The notes under the pieces were generated by a model. That model was not told where the DNA came from and searched no databases. It saw nothing but the letters and a program-made list of their open reading frames with translations. DNA of 64,000 nt from Myxococcota bacterium (GTDB taxonomy: Bacteria; Myxococcota_A; Polyangia; Palsa-1104; JAEUJZ01), in the NCBI GenBank assembly GCA_025057315.1, contig JANWXW010000048.1, forward strand, positions 93,140 through 157,139, written 5' to 3'. Positions 8,479 to 15,210 of the stretch are shown one piece after another. Each line of letters opens with the position of its first letter. Within the stretch, counting starts at the first letter, position 1. The translations under genes and the position numbers were made by a program.

Positions 8479-11250
8479 TCACAGCCCCTGCAGCAGCGCG
8501 CGCAGCTCGGCGCCCGGATCGATTTGCAGCCGCGAGGCCATCGCCTCTGCCTCTCGCAGCAGGGCGGCCCCCTGTTCGCTCTGCCCGCACTCGACCAGGT
8601 AGCGGCCCATGCCGATGAGCCCCTGCACCAGCTCTGCCGGGTTGCCCAGCTCCCGCAGCAGCGCCACGCCCCGCCGGAAGTAGACCAGGGCCTTGGGCTC
8701 CCCGCGCTGACCGGCGCCCCCCTCGGCGTCGTACAGCGTCGCCGCGTGCACTTCCCCCAAGGCCAGCAGCGCCCGCGCAACGTCCAGCCGGACCCCAGCG
8801 GCCTCGGCCAGCCGGAGCGCCTCGGTGCAGCGCGCGTGGGCCTGCTGCATGTCGCCCCGACGCAGCGCGATAAGGCCCAGCGATCTCGCTGACTCGGACA
8901 GCAGCCGCCGGTCCTCCAGCTCGCGCGCCAGCTTCTCCGCGGCGCCATAGCGCCCCTCTGCCTCGGCCAGCAGGCCCTGCCTGAGCAGGCTGTCGCCGAT
9001 GTGACACTGTAGCACCGCGCTGAGGGGCTGCGTGCCGGCACTCTCGGCCAGGCCGAGGGCCTCCTCCCACGTACGGCGTGCGCCCTGCAGATCGCCCCGC
9101 TGGAAGGCCAGCATGCCGATCGCGTTGAGGCAGGCGGCGATGCCGGCCCGATCGCCGCACGCCCGGCTCAGTCCCAGGGCCTCCTCGTAACAGGCCGCAG
9201 CTGCATCCAGCAAGCCGCGGTGCCGCTCGATGTTGCCGATGCTGAGCAGCGAGGCGGCGATCTTGCCGCGGTGGCCCAGCCGGCGCCTGATCTCCAGCGC
9301 CTCGCCCGCGCGGCCCAGGGCCTCCTCATAGCGGCCCAGCAGCCACAGCACCTGAGCAATGTCGTCCAGCGTGTCGCTGGTGCCGGCCAGGTCGCCGCTC
9401 TGCCGGAACATCTCCAGGGCCTGCCCCAGGTAGTCCAGGCTGAGCTGCAGCTCCCCCTTCTGCCGCCAGACCTCGCCCATGTGCAGCAGCGCCGAGGCAG
9501 CCTTGCCGCGCGAGGCCAGCACCCATGACAGGCGCACGACCTTCTCATAGGCCCCAAGCGCGTTCTCGTAGTCGCCTCGCAGGTGGAACAACGAGCCCAG
9601 CTCGTCCCATAACCGGATGCGCGTGGCCAGGTCCTGAGTCCCTAGGCAGGCAATGGCTCGCGCCAGCAGCCGGGTGGCCCGCCCATGGGCATAGCGGTCC
9701 CGCGCCAGCCCGGCGGCGCGCAGGTAGCGCAGCGCGGCAGCCTCGCCCTTGCCGGCACGCATCAAGTGCGCACCGATGGCCTCCTGAATCTCCTCCCGCT
9801 CTCCATCGGCCGTCAGGTCCAGCCACTGCGCCAGCAGGCCATGGTAGCACCGCCGCCGTGCCGGCGGGATGCCGTCGTAGACCACATCGCGCCAAGGGGG
9901 ATAAGCGAACCGGTACTGGCGCTCACCGCGGATGCTGCTGTGCTCGATGGGAATGAGCAGACCCCGCTGGCACAGCAGGCGCAGGGCGGCCTTGACCTGC
10001 TGGGTGGTGCGGTCCCCTGCCACGACGATCTCCTCCAGCGTCGGTCCATCCGGGTCCGGCGCGCGGCGGCTCCCCCCTTCCCCAGGGGGCATGCCCAGAC
10101 CCACCTCACCGGCCCGGCCCAGCGCCACCACGGCATCGAGAAAGAAGTGCTCCCCGCAGATGGCCGCATGCTCCAGCACGGTGCGCGTGGCCGGCTCCAT
10201 GGCGGCCAGACGTGCGGCGACGATCTCCTCGAGGCTGCCCGGCAGCTCCAGGGCGGCCAGCCGGCCCAAGTCCCAGCGGGCCTGCTGGCGCGGCGACAGC
10301 GTCAGGGCACCTTGCTCCTCCAGCAAGCGCAGCAGCTCGACGATGGCCCGCGGCGAGCCGCCCAGGTGCTGCGCCACATGATCGGTCACCTCAGGCGGCG
10401 GAGGACCGGCGTCGCGCGACAGCGCATCCAACAGGTGCACCGCGTCTGCCTCGCTGAGCGGCGGTACCTCAATGCGCACACACGGCACCTCGCCCTGGCC
10501 GAAGCTCGGGTGGACCTCGTCGATCTCGGGGCGGGCAAAGGCGCACAGCATCACCGGCGAGCCCGACAGCCCTGCAGCCAGGTAGTGCAGCAGGTTGACG
10601 GACTCTGGCTGGGCATGCTCCATCTCATCAAGAAGCAGCGCCAGCGGACCCTGCGCTGCATCCGCCTGGAGGAATCGCCGCAGGGCCTGGAACAGGCGCG
10701 TCTCGCTGCGCTGGGCGCGCGGCTCAGGCGACCCCTCCTCCGGCAGCTGCAACAGGTCGGCCAGATGCCGCGCCACCTCGGTGCCGCGCGCGCCGGGCAG
10801 CAGCCGCTGACAGAGGCGCTGGACCTTGTCGCGGGCCACCGAGGGCGGGTCGCGTAGGCTCACATCGCAGCGCTGGGCCAACGCCTGCATGAGCGGCCCC
10901 AGCGGCGGGCCATAGGCAGCGCTGCCCAGCAGCACCCGCATCCCACGCGCCGCCAGCGCCTGCTCCAGCTCGCCCAGCAGACGGGTCTTGCCCATGCCCG
11001 GAGCCCCCACCACAAGACAGAAGCGGACCTGCTGCTGCCGGACAACCTCCTCACCCAACGCATCCAGCTGGGCCAGCAGGTCCACCCGGCCCCGCAGCGG
11101 GGTCGACGCCGAAGGCGCCGGGCCCAGACCCGGCAGCGACGTCTCCACCGTCCAGCTCCACCCCTGTGCCGGCTGGGGCGACAGGGCCGCACCACACGCC
11201 TGGCAGCGCGTGGCCCCGGGCAGGGTCTGGGCGCGGCACGCAGGGCACAT
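8479..11250 (-). CDS. Zinc-ribbon / P-loop NTPase (AAA_16-like) / TPR-repeat regulatory protein
   Basis: Start reset to the ATG at 11250, which gives MCPACRAQTLPGATRCQACGAAL (a zinc ribbon). Walker A motif GAPGMGKT. The C-terminal half is made of repeated TPR-like A/L-rich helices (ALG.YEEAL...). Confidence 0.75.
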   Translation of the reverse strand: MCPACRAQTLPGATRCQACGAALSPQPAQGWSWTVETSLPGLGPAPSASTPLRGRVDLLAQLDALGEEVVRQQQVRFCLVVGAPGMGKTRLLGELEQALAARGMRVLLGSAAYGPPLGPLMQALAQRCDVSLRDPPSVARDKVQRLCQRLLPGARGTEVARHLADLLQLPEEGSPEPRAQRSETRLFQALRRFLQADAAQGPLALLLDEMEHAQPESVNLLHYLAAGLSGSPVMLCAFARPEIDEVHPSFGQGEVPCVRIEVPPLSEADAVHLLDALSRDAGPPPPEVTDHVAQHLGGSPRAIVELLRLLEEQGALTLSPRQQARWDLGRLAALELPGSLEEIVAARLAAMEPATRTVLEHAAICGEHFFLDAVVALGRAGEVGLGMPPGEGGSRRAPDPDGPTLEEIVVAGDRTTQQVKAALRLLCQRGLLIPIEHSSIRGERQYRFAYPPWRDVVYDGIPPARRRCYHGLLAQWLDLTADGEREEIQEAIGAHLMRAGKGEAAALRYLRAAGLARDRYAHGRATRLLARAIACLGTQDLATRIRLWDELGSLFHLRGDYENALGAYEKVVRLSWVLASRGKAASALLHMGEVWRQKGELQLSLDYLGQALEMFRQSGDLAGTSDTLDDIAQVLWLLGRYEEALGRAGEALEIRRRLGHRGKIAASLLSIGNIERHRGLLDAAAACYEEALGLSRACGDRAGIAACLNAIGMLAFQRGDLQGARRTWEEALGLAESAGTQPLSAVLQCHIGDSLLRQGLLAEAEGRYGAAEKLARELEDRRLLSESARSLGLIALRRGDMQQAHARCTEALRLAEAAGVRLDVARALLALGEVHAATLYDAEGGAGQRGEPKALVYFRRGVALLRELGNPAELVQGLIGMGRYLVECGQSEQGAALLREAEAMASRLQIDPGAELRALLQGL

Positions 11251-11356
11251 GCCCTTGTGGGTATCCGATCGGGAAGTGAGGCGCAAGAACGCCGCATACA
11301 CCTGGGGCCGCCCCCGGCCAGCCGGGCTGCAAAAATTTGCTCCCTCCTGAAAGCGG

Positions 11357-12331
11357 GTGCAGCATGGCCCAGTGCCGCTCGAGAACCATGGCCCCCCCGA
11401 CGGGACGGAAGGGCCACAGGCCTCCCGTGTGCCCTGCGTCCAGCCGGCCCCCTTCCTCAAGTGGGCTGGCGGCAAGCGACAGCTGCTGCCGGAGCTGCTG
11501 CGCCGTGTCCCCTCGCTCCGCAGCGGGCGCTACTTCGAGCCCTTTGTCGGCGGCGGCGCCCTGTTCTTCGCGCTGCAACAGCGGGGCCTGCTCGGACGCC
11601 GCGGCGCCCGCCTGTCGGACATCAACGCCGACCTCATCAACTGCTACCTCATGGTGCGCGACCAGGTCGAGCCGCTCATCCAGCTCCTGTCCCGGCACCG
11701 CAACGAGGAGACGTACTACTACGCCGTGCGCGCCCAGGACCCCCGCACCCTGGATCCGGTGCAGCGGGCTGCGCGCCTCATCTACCTGAACAAAACCTGC
11801 TTCAACGGCCTGTTCCGAGAGAACCGGCACGGCCTGTTCAACGTCCCCTTCGGCCACTATGCGCGGCCTCGGTTCTGCGACCCCGAGGCGCTGCGGGCAG
11901 CCAGCTATGCGTTGCGCGGCGTGGCCATTGAGCACAGCTCCTTCGAGGAGGTCGAGGAGCTGGCCCAGCCGGGCGACTTCGTCTACTTCGATCCCCCTTA
12001 CGTGCCGCTCAGCCGCACCGCCCGCTTCGTCCAGTACAGCGCCGGCGGCTTCGGGCCCGAACGCCAGGAACGCCTGGCACGATGCGTGGCAACCCTGGCC
12101 GCCCGCGGCGTGAGCGTCCTGGTGTCCAACTCGGCCACCCCCCTGGTGCGGGGACTATATGCCGGCTTCCTGGTGGAAGAGGTACAGGCCAACCGGGCCA
12201 TCAACAGCCGTGGCGACCGGCGGGGCAAGGTCTGCGAGCTGCTCATCCGAGCCGGACCCCATGCCCGGCTCGCCGCCGCGGCGCGTCCGGTGGCACCACA
12301 GGGAGTCGAACCCCGAACCTTACGCGTATGA
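11357..12331 (+). CDS. dam: DNA adenine methyltransferase, Dam / D12 class N6-MTase
   Basis: PFLKWAGGKRQLLPEL, FEPFVGGGA (AdoMet binding), DPPY catalytic motif, and a C-terminal SRGDRRGKVCELLI. The GTG start gives an atypical 30-aa N-terminal extension. The ORF has no stop until 12331 and overlaps the tRNA 3' end, so the true 3' end is uncertain. Confidence 0.8.
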   Translation: MQHGPVPLENHGPPDGTEGPQASRVPCVQPAPFLKWAGGKRQLLPELLRRVPSLRSGRYFEPFVGGGALFFALQQRGLLGRRGARLSDINADLINCYLMVRDQVEPLIQLLSRHRNEETYYYAVRAQDPRTLDPVQRAARLIYLNKTCFNGLFRENRHGLFNVPFGHYARPRFCDPEALRAASYALRGVAIEHSSFEEVEELAQPGDFVYFDPPYVPLSRTARFVQYSAGGFGPERQERLARCVATLAARGVSVLVSNSATPLVRGLYAGFLVEEVQANRAINSRGDRRGKVCELLIRAGPHARLAAAARPVAPQGVEPRTLRV

Positions 12332-12364
12332 AGCGTCTGCTCTGACCGGTTGAGCTATGGTGCC
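12291..12364 (-). tRNA. tRNA-Met (anticodon CAT; elongator, initiator or Ile2/lysidine type not resolved)
   Basis: Manual fold: acceptor GGCACCA/TGGTGCC, D-arm GCTC-AACCGGTCA-GAGC, anticodon stem-loop GACGC-TTCATAC-GCGTA, variable loop AGGTT, T-arm CGGGG-TTCGACT-CCCTG, discriminator A. CCA is not encoded. Confidence 0.75.
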
Positions 12365-12700
12365 GCGGGCAGGGTCCCACAGCTACCAGAGGATGACCCG
12401 AGTGTCAAGCCCACAGGGCCATGAGCGCCCTCGGTGGCAGGCCCGATGCCGGGCACGAGCACGCAGGTCCGGCGCAGCGCTCGGCCCCCGCAGCAGGGAG
12501 CCCGCCCACGGTGTCGGGGGCAGGAGCCGCCCCGCATATCGGACACGGCCTGCATCCGGAGCGGCGGCACCCCAGGCCACCGATGCCGCGGGCCACGCCG
12601 AGCCCCCGCAGCCCCCAGGTGCGCACGGAGCACCCAAGGCGCAGAGGCTCAGCCAGGAGGCCAGATGCCCCCCCCTGGAGCGCCTCCCCCGCCTGGCATG

Positions 12701-12807
12701 GGGCCCATCCCAGCTGGCTTCAGGCCCCATCCCAGCCGGCCCGCTCCCACCCCCCAGCGGGCTCCAGCCACACCCCAGCTGGCTTCAGGCCCCATCCCAG
12801 CCGGCCC
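12701..12807. repeat. Two 33-bp direct repeats (cccagctggcttcaggccccatcccagccggcc) 33 bp apart, plus shorter CCCATCCCAGC copies, in a non-coding region
   Basis: Read directly at about 12709-12741 and 12775-12807. The surrounding ORFs are Pro/Arg/Gly junk. Confidence 0.5.
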
Positions 12808-12938
12808 CGGATTGACGGGACCTGGCCGGCTGCGCTATCCGCTGGAGGATGCTGTCCAGTCGCCCCCGTGCCGCACCGGCCTCTCGCACCGCGCGGACCG
12901 CGGCCCCCAAGAAGCAGGACGGAGCCCAGCAGGGAGCT

Positions 12939-13574
12939 ATGGCCCGAGCCGAGCGAGCCCGAGCCGTGCTGGCCGCTCTGGAGCGCCTCTACCCCGGGGC
13001 CGACTGCGCGCTCCGGCATGACAATCCCTTCCAGCTCTTGGTGGCGGTCATCCTGTCAGCCCAGTGCACCGACGAGCGCGTCAACCAGGTGACGCCGGCG
13101 CTGTTCCGCCGCTTTCCCGATGCCGCCGCGCTGGCAGAGGCCGACCTGGCCGAGCTGGAGGCGCTGGTGCGCCCCACCGGCTTCTTCCGCGTCAAGGCCA
13201 GGAACCTGCGCGAGATGGCCCGGGTCCTGGTGCGGGACCACGGCGGCCAGGTGCCCCCCAGCATGGAGGCGCTGCTCCGGCTGCCCGGGGTGGCCCGCAA
13301 GACCGCCAACGTCGTGCTCGGCACGGCCTTCGGCATCCCCTCTGGCGTGGTGGTCGACACGCACGTGCGTCGCCTAGCCCACCGGCTGGGCCTGACCACC
13401 CACCAAGATCCGGACAAGATCGAAAAGGACCTCGTGGCGCTGTGGCCGCAGGATCGCTGGATCGCCGCGGGGCACCAGCTTATCCTGCACGGGCGGCGTG
13501 TCTGCCATGCCCGGCGGCCGCGCTGCGAAGCCTGTGGGCTGTCGGCGCTGTGTCCCAAGGTGGGGGTGGCATGA
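12939..13574 (+). CDS. nth: Endonuclease III
   Basis: Helix-hairpin-helix glycosylase motifs (LPGVARKTANVVL) and a C-terminal 4Fe-4S cluster CHARRPRCEACGLSALC. The ATG at 12939 is preceded by GGGAG. Confidence 0.9.
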   Translation: MARAERARAVLAALERLYPGADCALRHDNPFQLLVAVILSAQCTDERVNQVTPALFRRFPDAAALAEADLAELEALVRPTGFFRVKARNLREMARVLVRDHGGQVPPSMEALLRLPGVARKTANVVLGTAFGIPSGVVVDTHVRRLAHRLGLTTHQDPDKIEKDLVALWPQDRWIAAGHQLILHGRRVCHARRPRCEACGLSALCPKVGVA

Positions 13575-14278
13575 CAGAGCAGTCGCGCCGCGGTGGGACG
13601 CGGCGGGGCCGGAGGGCCCCAGGTGACATCCAGATTGTGGACAGCCGCATCGAGCGCTATCTGGAGGAGCTGCTGCCCAGCACCGAGCCGGTGCTGCTGG
13701 AGATGGAGGCAATGGCCCGGGCCGAGGGCTTCCCCATCGTGGGGCCGCTGGTGGGGCGGCTGCTGCGCCAGCTGGCGCTGACGGTGTCGGCGCGGGACAT
13801 CTTCGAGATGGGCTCGGGCTTTGGCTACTCGACTTACTTTCTGGCCCAAGCCGTGGGCGACGGCGGTCGCGTGGTCCACACCGAGCGCTCGCCGGAGCGC
13901 AGCCTCCAGGCCCGCCAGCTGCTGGAGCGGGCCGGGCTGGCCTCGCGGGTCATCTTCGAGGTGGGCGATGCGCTCCAGATTCTCATCAGCTATCCTAGTC
14001 CTTTTGATTTGATCTTTATCGATGTGGACAAGGAGGCCTACCCGGAGGCGCTGGAGCTGGCGCGGGCGCGGGTGCGGCCGGGCGGTTACATCGTCACCGA
14101 CAACGTGCTCTGGCACGGCCGGGTGTTGGACCAGAACAGCGACGATCCGGCCACCCGGGGGGTGCAGGCCTACCTGCGGGCGGCCCTGACGGCGCCGGAC
14201 CTGCTCACTTCTGTGTTGCCGCTGCGCGATGGCGTGGCGCTCCACCTCAAGCTCTCCGAGTCGAGGCGGCGCCGGTGA
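13571..14278 (+). CDS. Class I SAM-dependent O-methyltransferase (caffeoyl-CoA OMT / YrrM family)
   Basis: The real start is the ATG at 13571, overlapping the nth stop (ATGA). EMGSGFGYST (AdoMet motif I) and DLIFIDVDKEAY are typical of this family. Confidence 0.85.
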   Translation: MTEQSRRGGTRRGRRAPGDIQIVDSRIERYLEELLPSTEPVLLEMEAMARAEGFPIVGPLVGRLLRQLALTVSARDIFEMGSGFGYSTYFLAQAVGDGGRVVHTERSPERSLQARQLLERAGLASRVIFEVGDALQILISYPSPFDLIFIDVDKEAYPEALELARARVRPGGYIVTDNVLWHGRVLDQNSDDPATRGVQAYLRAALTAPDLLTSVLPLRDGVALHLKLSESRRRR

Positions 14279-14685
14279 GGGAACCGCCCCGTCCTCAGGT
14301 CGCCGTCGGGGTCGTGCTGTTTGATGAGGCCGGACGGGTGCTGCTGGTGCGCCGCGGCAAGGAGCCGGCCCAGGGGCGCTGGAGCGTGCCCGGTGGCCGC
14401 GTCGAGCCGGGGGAGCGGCTGGTGGACGCCTGCCTGCGCGAGCTGCGGGCCGAAACAGGGCTGGTGGCGCGCCTGGGGCCCCTGTGCGCGGTGGCCGAAC
14501 ACATCGACGACACCTGCCACTATGTGATCCTAGACTATGTGGCCCATGCGCCCAGCGGACAGCTGGTGGCCGGCGAGGACGCGGTGGAGGCCCGCTTTGT
14601 CACGCTGGAGGAGGCGGCCACGATGCCCCTGACCGAGGGGCTGCTGGCAGTGCTGCAGCGCGCTCGCGATGGGCTCAGTTCATAA
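14275..14685 (+). CDS. NUDIX hydrolase
   Basis: NUDIX box GGRVEPGERLVDACLRELRAETGL. The GTG start overlaps the methyltransferase stop (GTGA). Confidence 0.8.
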   Translation: MREPPRPQVAVGVVLFDEAGRVLLVRRGKEPAQGRWSVPGGRVEPGERLVDACLRELRAETGLVARLGPLCAVAEHIDDTCHYVILDYVAHAPSGQLVAGEDAVEARFVTLEEAATMPLTEGLLAVLQRARDGLSS

Positions 14686-15007
14686 GACGGGAAGAGGGCT
14701 GCGCCTCTGGCTCCTCCTCACCCAGCCCCTGCCGCGTCAGCAGAAAGCGCACCCGTCCCTGCCCCAGCTCGGTGGCGATCTCGGCCTCGAAGGCGGGACC
14801 GACGACGCTCCCTAGGACCATGTCCTTGCCCAGCCGCACCACCCGCCCCTCCACCAGGTCCCCCTGCAGGCGCTCGCTGCTCTCCTGCAGATGGTGCAGA
14901 CGGTAGGCAGCCTGATACAGGCGTTGCGCAACCTCTGGCTGCAGCGGCAGGGTGCTCGACAGCACGGCGATCAGCAGCCAGTAGGAGCCTGGCTCCGAGG
15001 ATGACAT
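14675..15007 (-). CDS. Hypothetical protein (about 110 aa) with an N-terminal hydrophobic segment
   Basis: Trimmed to the internal ATG (MSSSEPGSYWLLIAVLSS...). No family is recognised. Confidence 0.4.
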   Translation of the reverse strand: MSSSEPGSYWLLIAVLSSTLPLQPEVAQRLYQAAYRLHHLQESSERLQGDLVEGRVVRLGKDMVLGSVVGPAFEAEIATELGQGRVRFLLTRQGLGEEEPEAQPSSRLMN

Positions 15008-15210
15008 GCGCCTAGCGTACTGGATGCATCGCGCCCGCGCCATGGGCCGCTGCAGCAAGCGGTGGATCCTCGACGGACATGAGCCCCACACCGCCCGTGG
15101 GCAGAGGCCCGCTGCGGTCGCCGCAACCCCGGACCTCGGGCACGATCGCCCTGCGGGTGCGGGGCCTGTGGGCCTGGGGGACCCGGTCTGGCCATGGCCT
15201 GCTGCAGGAC

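Noticed and set aside
7974-9041. Full 355-aa track ORF upstream of the zinc-ribbon protein
   Set aside because: Only the last 101 codons look protein-like. The upstream 254 codons are Arg/Trp/Cys/Pro junk and overlap the 3' end of the AAA/TPR gene.
8231-11417. Many 100 to 390-aa ORFs on both strands overlapping the Zn-ribbon/AAA/TPR gene (for example 8231..9160, 9685..10857, 10860..11417, 11051..11935)
   Set aside because: They are overlapping or alternative frames of one long, motif-supported gene, and low-complexity Arg/Ala/Gly/Pro translations.
12701-12807. CRISPR array
   Set aside because: There are only two 33-bp repeat copies, and the spacer resembles the repeat flank. No cas genes are present.
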